Source: Chloroflexota bacterium (GTDB lineage: Bacteria; Chloroflexota; Anaerolineae; Promineifilales; Promineifilaceae). Taken from it: DNA of 64,000 nucleotides. The position numbers and the translations under genes are program-made. Shown piece after piece: positions 1 to 8,273 of this stretch; the first letter of the stretch is position 1, and each line of letters begins with the position of its first letter. The notes beneath the pieces were generated by a model, which was not told the DNA's origin, searched no databases, and was given only the letters and a program-made list of their open reading frames with translations. Location: NCBI GenBank assembly GCA_014584575.1, contig JACTMP010000063.1, positions 1 through 64,000 on the forward strand, read 5' to 3'.

Positions 1-46
1 TGGAGATGCTGGTCTGCTGCCAGTGGTCAGCCAGGCTTAGACAAAA

Positions 47-466
47 GTGGGCTATTTTAGCCGCTTGGCGTATCTGTTTTTAAGGTGCAAAAGTCGTGAT
101 ATTAACTCCACAATTTACCGATGGGAGGGAACAACGGCTGGTTTTGTATGGTACCAGGATATTCCGACAAAAGGCGCAAGCCATTGGCAGTTTTTCACCA
201 TTGGCAACGAAGCCTATCTGTCAGTTACCTATGGTCGTGGCGATAGCGGCTATATTCAGGATTCCAAAATCTACCGTTGGAATGGCACCTACTTCGTCGA
301 AACACAGGCTTTTCCTACTAAAGGCGGGCAGGGTATGGCATTTTTTACTATTGACAGTCAACCTTACCTGGCTGTGGCTAATGGGCGGAGTAGTGGTAGT
401 AATTGGTCTGTAGACTCTCATATCTACCGGGCGGCGTTAGATGGTACGCTTGCTTTTGCCCCATAA
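47..466 (+). CDS. EPTP/EAR-like beta-propeller repeat protein, short or fragmentary
   Basis: Six-frame ORF with a GTG start right after an in-frame TAG. An internal ~47 aa repeat (S-x-IYRW-x-G-x-F ... PTKG ... FFTI ... YL-V-x-G) is seen about 2.5 times. I recognise this pattern as EPTP/EAR repeats. No signal peptide. Confidence 0.35.
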   Translation: MGYFSRLAYLFLRCKSRDINSTIYRWEGTTAGFVWYQDIPTKGASHWQFFTIGNEAYLSVTYGRGDSGYIQDSKIYRWNGTYFVETQAFPTKGGQGMAFFTIDSQPYLAVANGRSSGSNWSVDSHIYRAALDGTLAFAP

Positions 467-490
467 CCTTTGCCTGATGGAGGATAAACC

Positions 491-1165
491 ATGAATCGTG
501 ATACGACACTCCTTGTTCAGTCGTGGCAGAAAAACGCCTGGTTGGCCCTGGTGGGGGCGTTATTGGTCTTGAGTTCGGCGTCCTGGGTGCAAGCCGGCGG
601 TGGGTACAACATCGCTTGGTGGACGGTAGACGGCGGCGGTGGCAGCAGCAGCGGCCCCACCTATAGCGTCAGCGGCACGGTGGGCCAGCCGGAGGCCGGC
701 CCGGCGATGAGCAGCAGTTCCTACACTTTTTTCGGGGGCTTTTGGAGTTTGCTAGCCACCCCAACTTCACCCCCACCGTGGGCAGGAAAAGTTTACCTGC
801 CACTTACTGTCAAACCAGTCCCGTGTTTTAACGATGGAGAGGAGCGTAATCCCAACAACTCCACCACAGAAGCAAACACAAACGGGCTGCTTTGCGATGA
901 CGGCACGTATACCGGTAGATTTGATGACCAAAACGACTATTACGCCCTGCGCATGGGTACGACTGGTCTCATTGATATCAGCCTTGCCGGGTATACTGGC
1001 CCTGACGTTCAAATTTTGCTCTATTATGAGGGCGAACAGGTGGGGCAAGGGTATACACCCGATTATCGCATCAGTTATACCGGCCCCACCGGGCTGTATT
1101 ACATTCGGGTATTTATACCAGCGGCCAATAACGCCAGTTATTCGTTGCACGTGAATTTCCCGTGA
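491..1165 (+). CDS. secreted protein: signal peptide, conserved GQP/GFW N-terminal module, YLPLTVK motif, C-terminal PPC (pre-peptidase C-terminal) domain
   Basis: N-terminal hydrophobic signal (LALVGALLVLSSASWVQA). The C-terminal 90 aa (DDQNDYYALRM...GLYYIRV...YSLHV) match the PPC domain pattern from memory. Shares the module YSVSGTVGQP...YTFFGGFW and a YLP motif with the ORF at 35210..35500. Confidence 0.55.
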   Translation: MNRDTTLLVQSWQKNAWLALVGALLVLSSASWVQAGGGYNIAWWTVDGGGGSSSGPTYSVSGTVGQPEAGPAMSSSSYTFFGGFWSLLATPTSPPPWAGKVYLPLTVKPVPCFNDGEERNPNNSTTEANTNGLLCDDGTYTGRFDDQNDYYALRMGTTGLIDISLAGYTGPDVQILLYYEGEQVGQGYTPDYRISYTGPTGLYYIRVFIPAANNASYSLHVNFP

Positions 1166-1260
1166 TGATGGTAATCTGTAGGGGCAAGGCGGCTGGACAA
1201 GATATCAAGACCGCATCCCGTTTCTAGCTGCCTCGCTCCTACGGTTTCTTTGTGGGCGTT

Positions 1261-1464
1261 TTAGGACAGCCCCACCACTTTGCCTGTTTCCAGGTCAACG
1301 TCAATCTCGTAATACACCGGCCGAATCGGTAGTCCCGGCATCGTATTCACCGCCCCCAGCAGCGGGTAGAGAATATCTGCCGTGAGTCTGGCGGTAAAAT
1401 CACCCAATTTCATGGGAAAATTATACCTGTTGCCTGCCGCCTGGGTCATGTTAAAATGCTGCAT
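1261..1464 (-). CDS. hypothetical small protein
   Basis: ORF only; no recognisable motif. Confidence 0.2.
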   Translation of the reverse strand: MQHFNMTQAAGNRYNFPMKLGDFTARLTADILYPLLGAVNTMPGLPIRPVYYEIDVDLETGKVVGLS

Positions 1465-1487
1465 GTAGGGAATCCCCGGAGGAAAAC

Positions 1488-1682
1488 ATGATTAAGCTCA
1501 AGGAACTAAACGTTCAATATATTACCAATGAATCCGGTGAACGCAGCGGCGTCATTCTTTCCATTGAGGATTTTGAAGCCTTATTGGAAGATTTGGAAGA
1601 CATGGCGCTCGTCGTCGAGCGCCAGCATGAACCAACCATTTCCCATGCAGAACTGAAAGCCGAACTATACCTGACAAGGTGA
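1488..1682 (+). CDS. Phd/YefM-type antitoxin-like protein (orphan)
   Basis: 64 aa. The pattern GVILSIEDFEALLEDLEDMALVVERQHEPTISHAELKAEL is typical of type II antitoxins. No toxin ORF follows; the next gene is holB. Confidence 0.45.
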   Translation: MIKLKELNVQYITNESGERSGVILSIEDFEALLEDLEDMALVVERQHEPTISHAELKAELYLTR

Positions 1683-1710
1683 CAAGGTGACATCTGACAA
1701 GGTGACAAAA
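1670..1710. repeat. tandem 8-mer array (A)GGTGACA x4 overlapping the stop of the antitoxin-like ORF
   Basis: ggtgacaaggtgacatctgacaaggtgacaaaa read directly. Confidence 0.8.
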
Positions 1711-1870
1711 ATGTCAGATTATGACCTTCGAAAAGACGCCTATCGCAATTAATAGCCCCTCTGGCTACGGCCGTTCTCCAGACCGTGCCACCCCTCTCGA
1801 AGAGGGGAGGACGACGGCCGTCGCCTAATCTCACTGGCGCCCTTGTTTGTTCCTGAAGAGTAATCGGATA

Positions 1871-1900
1871 ATTACCCAATTGCCCAATTACCCAATAAAA
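1871..1900. repeat. tandem heptamer array CCCAATT(A/G) upstream of holB
   Basis: aattacccaattgcccaattacccaat read directly. Confidence 0.7.
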
Positions 1901-1907
1901 TACCGCC

Positions 1908-2927
1908 ATGACGGATTGGCAAAACGTGATTGGGCATGGGTGGGCGGTGCAAATGCTGCGGCAGAGTCTGGCAAACGGCCGTAACGGACACGCCTACCTC
2001 ATCACCGGCCCCGACCAGGTGGGCAAGACCACGCTGGCCCGCGCCCTGGCCCAGGCGCTCAACTGCACTGGTGAGGCGGATGGCTCGTGTGGCCCCGGCC
2101 ATCTGTGCCGCGCCTGCGCCCTCATCGCCAATGACCGGTACCCCGACGTGCGTCTGGTAGAGCCAGAGGTCAGCGGCCGGGGCAAACTGACCCTGAAAAT
2201 TGAGACCATCCGCCAGTTACAGCAAGAGTTGAACCTGTCGGCGTATGAAGCCCGCACCAAAGTGGCTATCCTCAAGCGGTTTGACGCCGCCACCATTGGC
2301 GCTTCCAACGCCTTCCTCAAAACGCTGGAAGAGCCGCCGCCCCGCGTGGTGCTCATTCTCACGGCTACGGATGCTGACACTTTGCTGCCCACTATCTCCT
2401 CGCGCTGCCGCACGTTGAATTTACGGCCGTTAGCCACCGAACTGATCGAACAAAGCCTGACTACCCGCTGGCGTGTAGACGACGACACGGCCCATCTGCT
2501 GGCGCATCTGGCTGACGGCCGTCTTGGTTGGGCGGTACGGGCGGCGCAAGAGTCGGCCATTTTAGAGGAGCGGGCAGCGCATCTGGCGCAGTTGCAGGAG
2601 GCATTGGCGGGCAGCCGGGTGCGCCGTTTTCAACTGGCCGACAAACTGGCGAACAAACCGGAAGCCGCCCCCGCCGTGTTGCAGACGTGGGTGAGTTGGT
2701 GGCGGGATGTGAATTTGCTGGCGCAAAGTGGGGGAACGGGTATGGCCGCGCTGACCAACATTGACCAGCTAGACGCCATGCGCCAGACTGCCAGCCGTGT
2801 GCCGGACACGGCCGTACTCGCCAGCCTCAAACAAACCACCCTGGCCCTCTGGCAACTGGAGCATAATGCCAACGGCCGTCTCGTCCTGGAAAACCTGTTT
2901 CTCACCTATCCCTATCTGACGATGTGA
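1908..2927 (+). CDS. holB: DNA polymerase III subunit delta-prime
   Basis: 339 aa. Degenerate Walker A (GPDQVGKTT), zinc-module cysteines (CTGEADGSCGPGHLCRAC), the LKTLEEPPP box and SRC motif (TISSRCRTL). Confidence 0.85.
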   Translation: MTDWQNVIGHGWAVQMLRQSLANGRNGHAYLITGPDQVGKTTLARALAQALNCTGEADGSCGPGHLCRACALIANDRYPDVRLVEPEVSGRGKLTLKIETIRQLQQELNLSAYEARTKVAILKRFDAATIGASNAFLKTLEEPPPRVVLILTATDADTLLPTISSRCRTLNLRPLATELIEQSLTTRWRVDDDTAHLLAHLADGRLGWAVRAAQESAILEERAAHLAQLQEALAGSRVRRFQLADKLANKPEAAPAVLQTWVSWWRDVNLLAQSGGTGMAALTNIDQLDAMRQTASRVPDTAVLASLKQTTLALWQLEHNANGRLVLENLFLTYPYLTM

Positions 2928-2993
2928 TTGGTAATCGGTAATCCGTAATCGGGCTTCGGCTAACGGTTTACGGATAACGGCTCACGGATAACG
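2928..2993. repeat. tandem heptamer arrays (GGTAATC x3 then CGGATAAC-type) immediately after the holB stop
   Basis: ggtaatcggtaatccgtaatcgggcttcggctaacggtttacggataacggctcacggataacg. Confidence 0.8.
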
Positions 2994-3059
2994 AATACAA
3001 CCACCACCCCCCATTCCCGTATACCTCTGCGTAGCAATTGCTGGTAAAATGACGACATC

Positions 3060-3776
3060 ATGTTAGCTGAAGCACTGCCCACGATATTTACCTGGTACAA
3101 CCTGCCCTTCACCATCATGCTGGTTTTGTGTGGCCTGTTGGCCGTGTTCCAGTTGGTGGGCTTGGGCGGGGATGGCGACTCCGACCTGGACGCTGACTTT
3201 GACGCCGACATTGATGCCGATGTTGACCTCGACTTCGACGCCGATGCCGATCTGGATGCCGACATTGACGCCGATGCCGACCTGGATGTAGATGGCGGCC
3301 TCGATTTCTTGTCTGTGCTGGCCTTTGTGGGGGTGGGCAAAGCGCCGCTGATGGTGGTATTGGTGGTGCTGCTGGGCAGCATGGCCATCATCGGCTGGAC
3401 GCTGAACAGTCTGTTGGAGGCGGTATTGGGCAGCTATCCGGCCTGGGGGCTTCTGCTGGTTTTGCCCCTTTCCTTCCTCATCGGCGGCCTCATTTCGTCC
3501 CGCGTGGCTCGTGTGATTGGTCGCGCGCTGCCCTCGATTAGCAGTACGGCTACCAGCGCCGCCGGGCTGGTGGGGCGGCGTGGCGCGGTTATCAGCCCGC
3601 GCCTGGATAGCCGGTATGGCCTGGTGCGCGTGCGCGACCAGGGCGGCACCCTGATCAACGTCTTTGCCATTACCGCCGGCGAGGAGCCAATTGACGGTAA
3701 GTCAGAAGTGGTGCTGGTTGAGTATGACGCGGCCAACAGACGGTACACGGCCGTGCCCATTGACAAAAAAGTGTAA
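3060..3776 (+). CDS. NfeD-like / YqiJ-like OB-fold membrane protein with acidic D-A-D repeat loop
   Basis: N-terminal TM segment, a (DADxDADxD)n acidic tract, two more TM segments, and a C-terminal OB-fold-like soluble domain ([22 protein letters not shown]...EVVLVEYD). Sits directly upstream of the flotillin gene, the conserved yqiJ-yqiK arrangement. Confidence 0.6.
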   Translation: MLAEALPTIFTWYNLPFTIMLVLCGLLAVFQLVGLGGDGDSDLDADFDADIDADVDLDFDADADLDADIDADADLDVDGGLDFLSVLAFVGVGKAPLMVVLVVLLGSMAIIGWTLNSLLEAVLGSYPAWGLLLVLPLSFLIGGLISSRVARVIGRALPSISSTATSAAGLVGRRGAVISPRLDSRYGLVRVRDQGGTLINVFAITAGEEPIDGKSEVVLVEYDAANRRYTAVPIDKKV

Positions 3777-3818
3777 CGCGATTTTCCAAATCGCCTTACC
3801 ATTGCACAGGAGGAACCC

Positions 3819-5867
3819 ATGCAAGTCTTAATTCCCGCAGCCATCATTTTCGTGGCCGTCTTATTTAGCATCATCCTTTTTTTCTCCATCTTGCGCGCCT
3901 ACGTCAAGACGCCGCCCAACCGCGCTTTTGTGCGCACCGGCGGACTGGGCCGCGCTACGGCTCCGCCCAAAGTGGTGATGAACGGCGGTGGCTGGGTCTT
4001 CCGCACCATCCACGAGCTGACCTGGGTAGATCTGAACACCATGGCCATTGAAATTGAGCGCACCGGCGAAACGGCGCTACTCACCATTGATCCGCAATAT
4101 GCGGACATCAAAGTCATCTTTTACATCAAAGTAAGCCCCACCATTGATGGCATCGTAGACGCCGCCCGCACCATTGGCGGCAAGCAGGTGGATGGGGCGA
4201 CGGTAAAAGAATTGGTGGACGCCAAACTGGATGGCGCACTGCGTGACGTAGCCGCCACCTTCACCCTGATGAGCCTGCATCAAGAGCGGGAAAAGTTTAT
4301 TGAGGAAGTGCAAAACCGGCTCAAAGCCGACCTGGAAGAAAACGGCCTGACGCTGGAATCCGTCTCCATTCTCACCCTGCGCGCCGCCCGGCAAGGCTCC
4401 TTTGGTACCGATGACGTGTTCGGCGCGCAGGTAGCCCGCGCCAATGCTCAGGTGATCCAGCAGGCGTTGCGCGAGCGTAACGACATTGAGCGCAAGATGG
4501 AAATTGAGATTAAAAAGAAAGACACGGAAACGGCCCGCCAGCGGTTAGACCTGGATCGTGACCTGGCGCTGGCGGCGGCCACGCAGGAACGAGAAGTGCG
4601 CACCATGCAGGCCACGGAAAAAGCCAATGCCGACCACAAGGTTTTTGAAGAAGAGCAAAAATCTGAGCAGGCGCGCATTGGCAAGGAGCGGGCGGTGGCG
4701 CTCTTGGAAATGCAAAAAGCGCAAGAACTGGCTGTGCAAAATGAGCGCAACCAGCAAGAGGTCATGTCTACGGAACTGACCCGCCGCCAGACGTTGGAAC
4801 TGGCCGATCAGCAGCGGCAAATTGCCCTGGTGCAGGCGGAACAGGAACGGGAGCGGGCCGAGCAAGAACGGCTGCTGGTTTTAGCCAAACGCGAGGAAGC
4901 CGCCCAGGCGGTGAAAACGGTGGAAGCCACCGAGCAGGCGCAGCGCGAGGCCAAGATCAGCCTGATTCAGGCGGAGCGCGAAGCGCAAAAGGCAATGATT
5001 GAGCAGAAGAATCGCATTGAGTTGGAGGCGCTGCGTAAACAACGCGAGGCGGAAGCCGAAGCGGCGGCGCTGAAAGCGCGTGCGGCAGCCGAAGCGGAAG
5101 CGGCCCTGAAGCAGGCGGAAACCATTCGCACCCAGGCGCAGGCGGAGACGGAAGCAGAAAAACTGCGCGCCGAAGCCGCCAAAGCGCAGGCGTCGGCGGT
5201 GGGTCTGGCCGATGCGGATGTGCTGCGGGCCAAGGCGGAAGCGGCCATGCAGGAAGCGGAAGCGGTGAAGGCCAAAGCGGTGGCCGAAGCGGAAGGGGCC
5301 AAAGCCAAAGCGGAGGCGCTGGCTGCCTACGATGGTGTGGCGCAGCGGGTAGAAATTTTGAAATTGCAGCTAGACGCGCAGGTACAAATTGAGGTGGCGA
5401 AGGCCGATGCGCTGGCCAAGGCGCTGGCTTCGATGAATATCAAGATGATTGGCGACCCCAATGCGGCGGCCTCGCTGCTGCGCATGGTGACGCTGTCTGA
5501 CGGCCTGGGCGAGGTGCTGAAAAATACGCCCGCGCCGGTGTTGGAAGCGGGGCAGCAGTTGCTCAACCGGATCACGGGCAACGCCGGTGATGACAGCCTG
5601 ACCAGAGCGGCGAATGGCGCGCATACCGGTACGGATGTGGCCGAACTGGCGCTGTTGGTGCCGGAGATTGTGCAAAAGGTGGAGCAGCATTTGAATGTGA
5701 ATAAGCTCAAAGGTAAGTCTGTGGGCGAGGTGTTGCAATTGCTGAGCGAAAAAGCGCCGGATGATGAAGTGGTGCAAAAGGCGCAAACGGCCGTGTCCCA
5801 ACTCCCCATTATCCGTGACCTGCCGTTTGATGATTTTTATTTAAGGGCGACAGCCGGTAATCTGTAA
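3819..5867 (+). CDS. flotillin-like SPFH/band-7 protein (YqiK-type) with long Ala/Glu-rich coiled coil
   Basis: N-terminal TM segment, SPFH domain (residues ~30-200), then ~250 aa of EAEAAALKARAAAEAEAA-type coiled coil. Operon position after the NfeD-like gene. Confidence 0.85.
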   Translation: MQVLIPAAIIFVAVLFSIILFFSILRAYVKTPPNRAFVRTGGLGRATAPPKVVMNGGGWVFRTIHELTWVDLNTMAIEIERTGETALLTIDPQYADIKVIFYIKVSPTIDGIVDAARTIGGKQVDGATVKELVDAKLDGALRDVAATFTLMSLHQEREKFIEEVQNRLKADLEENGLTLESVSILTLRAARQGSFGTDDVFGAQVARANAQVIQQALRERNDIERKMEIEIKKKDTETARQRLDLDRDLALAAATQEREVRTMQATEKANADHKVFEEEQKSEQARIGKERAVALLEMQKAQELAVQNERNQQEVMSTELTRRQTLELADQQRQIALVQAEQERERAEQERLLVLAKREEAAQAVKTVEATEQAQREAKISLIQAEREAQKAMIEQKNRIELEALRKQREAEAEAAALKARAAAEAEAALKQAETIRTQAQAETEAEKLRAEAAKAQASAVGLADADVLRAKAEAAMQEAEAVKAKAVAEAEGAKAKAEALAAYDGVAQRVEILKLQLDAQVQIEVAKADALAKALASMNIKMIGDPNAAASLLRMVTLSDGLGEVLKNTPAPVLEAGQQLLNRITGNAGDDSLTRAANGAHTGTDVAELALLVPEIVQKVEQHLNVNKLKGKSVGEVLQLLSEKAPDDEVVQKAQTAVSQLPIIRDLPFDDFYLRATAGNL

Positions 5868-5907
5868 TCGGTGGGTTGGTCATTAGTCATTGACCATTGA
5901 CCATTGG
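5856..5907. repeat. heptamer arrays (GGTAATC / GTCATTG-GACCATT) overlapping the flotillin stop codon
   Basis: ggtaatctgtaatcggtgggttggtcattagtcattgaccattgaccattgg. Confidence 0.7.
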
Positions 5908-6440
5908 AAATTGACATGGGTTTGTGGGCAAAGGTGCGGCGGGTGGTGCAAACGGCCGTGTCCGACCTGTTCAGTGAAGAATCGGACACGGCTGTGCCAG
6001 ACCAGACGACCGTGCATATTCAGGATACGCAGCGGCGGCTGGATGGCCTGAAAAATGACCTGGCGCTGGCATTGGCCCGTGAGCAGCAGGCGGAAACAGT
6101 CTGGCGCGTGGCGCAGGCGCAGGGTCAGCCCGGCGCGGCCGAATTGGAAGAGCAGCACCGGGCGTTTGCGCAAACCATTGCTGCCCTGCAAGCCGAAATT
6201 GACCGGCTACAAATCCGCCTGGCGGCCCTCACCAGCCAGTCCGCCCATCTGGCGGCGCGTGAAGACAATGTGGCGATGTTGGAACGGCTGCACACCTTGC
6301 AGCGGGAGTTAGACAAAACGGCCGTGACCCTGCACCACGAACTGGCCGACCGCGAGGAGCAAATTGCCCACCGCGAAGACATCGCCGCTGCCCGTGAGGA
6401 AATCCGCTCGGCCACAAGGCTGGGGCATGATGAACTGTAA
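5904..6440 (+). CDS. PspA/IM30-like coiled-coil protein (short)
   Basis: The N-terminus MGLWAKVRRVV...DTQRRLDGLKNDLALALAREQQAE resembles the PspA/Vipp1 family start (MGIFSRF...). All-helical. Likely start is the ATG at 5916. Confidence 0.45.
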   Translation: MEIDMGLWAKVRRVVQTAVSDLFSEESDTAVPDQTTVHIQDTQRRLDGLKNDLALALAREQQAETVWRVAQAQGQPGAAELEEQHRAFAQTIAALQAEIDRLQIRLAALTSQSAHLAAREDNVAMLERLHTLQRELDKTAVTLHHELADREEQIAHREDIAAAREEIRSATRLGHDEL

Positions 6441-6453
6441 AAGCAAGTAACAG

Positions 6454-6915
6454 ATGTTAACCCCAGAGCAACAAGCAGCCCTTGATCAATTGTTTCCGCC
6501 GGTAAAAAATGGGAATGGGCAAGGCACGGCCGTGTCTATCCCCACCTTCTTGTCTGACCCGCTGCAAGTCTGGTTGGGTGTATCCGGTGAGCAGGTGCAG
6601 GCGTATCTGGACGCTTTTTTTCAGCAGCGAGATACCTGGGAGGGCCGTTTTCTGGATTGGGCCGAAAGTAATCCCATGGAATCTGCTTTTGGTTTCCTGG
6701 GTGCGGCCGCAGCCGCTTTTTACGCTGCCGAACGGGTGGAGAACCCCAAAATCAACACTTTTATAGACGCCTTTTATTACATCGCCACCTGCGCCTCGGT
6801 GGGTTATGCCGACGTGTTTGCCGTCACCCAAACCGGCAAAGCCATCGCCTCTATGGTGATGGTGATTGGCCCTGGCCTGGCCGACCGTGCCTTGAATCGC
6901 CCTGTTTCCCGGTAA
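6454..6915 (+). CDS. small two-TM ion-channel-like protein (K-channel Ion_trans_2-like, filter SVGYAD)
   Basis: FYYIATCASVGYADVFAVTQTGKAIASMVMVIG resembles a pore helix plus T(V/I)GYGD-like selectivity filter and an inner helix. Confidence 0.45.
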   Translation: MLTPEQQAALDQLFPPVKNGNGQGTAVSIPTFLSDPLQVWLGVSGEQVQAYLDAFFQQRDTWEGRFLDWAESNPMESAFGFLGAAAAAFYAAERVENPKINTFIDAFYYIATCASVGYADVFAVTQTGKAIASMVMVIGPGLADRALNRPVSR

Positions 6916-6958
6916 TCCGTAATCCGTAGTTCGTAATCCGTAATCCGTGATCCGTGAG
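6910..6958. repeat. heptamer array CGTAATC x5 overlapping the channel-gene stop
   Basis: ggtaatccgtaatccgtagttcgtaatccgtaatccgtgatccgtgagcg. Confidence 0.8.
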
Positions 6959-7030
6959 CGGTCATAGTGACCTGGATGTGACTTCTGGCACATCTGTTGT
7001 GCGGGCACGGCCGTTAGACTGATGTTGTCG

Positions 7031-7085
7031 TGTCATGTGCCATGTGTCAAGTGTCAAGTTACCTGACACATGACACATGACACAA
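7031..7085. repeat. inverted heptamer arrays (TGTCAAG x4 / TGACACA x3) forming a long hairpin; overlaps the annotated 5' end of the ABC ATPase ORF
   Basis: tgtcatgtgccatgtgtcaagtgtcaagttacctgacacatgacacatgacac. Confidence 0.75.
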
Positions 7086-8066
7086 AAAACTTCCAGGAGA
7101 AAGATGATGAATGTGATTGTAGAAACTCTTGATTTGCGGAAACAGTATAACCCGCCGGAAGGGCCGGAGGCGGTGAAGGGGGTTTCCTTTTCCATCCGGC
7201 AGGGGGAGATTTTTAGCCTGTTAGGGCCAAATGGCGCGGGTAAAAGCACGACCATTGCCATGCTCAGTGGGCTGCTGGCCCCCACCGGCGGCGAGGCGGT
7301 GATTGATGGTCATGCCATCACCCGCGACGCGAAAGCGGTGAAGCAGGTGATCGGTGTGGTACCGCAAGAGATCGCCCTGTATGAGGCCATCAGCGCCCGC
7401 GAAAATTTGCAGTTTTGGGGGCGGATGTATGGGCTGCGGGGCGAGGAATTGAAGCAAAGGGTCACGGCCGTGCTCGATATTGCCGGTTTGTCTGACAGAG
7501 CCAATGACAAGGTATCCACCTTTTCCGGCGGCATGAAGCGGCGCATCAACATCGCTGTGGGGCTGCTGCACAATCCCAAAGTGCTGTACATGGATGAACC
7601 AACGGTGGGCATTGATCCGCAAAGCCGCCGCCGTATTCTGGACACGGTGCAAGAGCTAAACCGGCAGGGGCTGACGGTGCTGTATACCACCCACTACATG
7701 GAAGAAGCCGAGGAACTCAGCCACCGCATCGGCATTATTGATCATGGCGAGTTGATTGCCCTGGGTACACTGGCGGAACTGACGGACATGGTAGGGCATT
7801 ACGATACCATCCGACTGGACGTGGGGCTGCCCGATGGCGCCAACGGCGAGCTGCGGCAGGCGTTAGCTTTGCTGCCCGGTATTCACCAGGCGGATGGGGA
7901 CGCCGACGGCCGTGTCATCCTGCAAACCGAAGACGCCAATGCCATCTTGCCCACCGTCATCCAGCACATTGCCGGGGAGGGGCTGCCCATTCGCAAGCTG
8001 GAAATTCAAGAGCCGAACCTGGAAGCGGTATTCCTGCATTTGACGGGGCGGGCGTTAAGAGACTGA
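7077..8066 (+). CDS. ABC transporter ATP-binding protein (ABC-2/DrrA-like)
   Basis: Walker A (GPNGAGKST), signature (FSGGMKRR), Walker B (LYMDEPT). True start is probably ATGATGAATGTG near 7104, after an AGGAGA RBS, because 7077-7085 is repeat sequence. Confidence 0.85.
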   Translation: MTQKTSRRKMMNVIVETLDLRKQYNPPEGPEAVKGVSFSIRQGEIFSLLGPNGAGKSTTIAMLSGLLAPTGGEAVIDGHAITRDAKAVKQVIGVVPQEIALYEAISARENLQFWGRMYGLRGEELKQRVTAVLDIAGLSDRANDKVSTFSGGMKRRINIAVGLLHNPKVLYMDEPTVGIDPQSRRRILDTVQELNRQGLTVLYTTHYMEEAEELSHRIGIIDHGELIALGTLAELTDMVGHYDTIRLDVGLPDGANGELRQALALLPGIHQADGDADGRVILQTEDANAILPTVIQHIAGEGLPIRKLEIQEPNLEAVFLHLTGRALRD

Positions 8067-8140
8067 CAATTGGCAATTATCAATTGAAAATTGCGCGTGG
8101 TTCATAAGGCGAGATTTGTCCTTTACAAATTAGCTGCAAT

Positions 8141-8228
8141 TGTCATTCCGAGCGTAGTCTTCGGAGCGAGGAATCCCGCTCCTGCACCAGAGGTAGGGAT
8201 TCCCCCTCGAAGACTCGTCGGAATGACA
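8141..8228. repeat. MITE-like 88 nt palindromic element, copy 1
   Basis: TGTCATTCCGAGCG..GTCTTCGGAGCGAGGAATCC ... GATTCC..CTCGAAGACTCGTCGGAATGACA. Terminal inverted repeats with internal complementarity. A second copy lies at 35513-35600. Confidence 0.7.
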
Positions 8229-8273
8229 CGGTGACGTGGAATATGTAAAAATATGCCGGTAGTTTTCTGAACC

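Noticed and set aside
1514-2560. Long antisense or alternative-frame ORFs overlapping holB (1514..1909 -, 1994..2560 -, 1930..2160 +). Similar shadow ORFs occur throughout, for example 4077..5809 antisense to the flotillin gene, 10074..10975 across the permease, 11624..12829 antisense to the helicase, and 30623..32765 antisense to the regulator.
   Set aside because: These are typical high-GC shadow ORFs with low-complexity Arg/Ala/Pro-rich translations and no motifs. The opposite or in-frame genes have clear conserved motifs.
2960-3391. Minus-strand ORF with an SASRSASAS-type repeat.
   Set aside because: It is the antisense translation of the GAYGCY hexanucleotide repeat that encodes the D-A-D tract of the NfeD-like gene.
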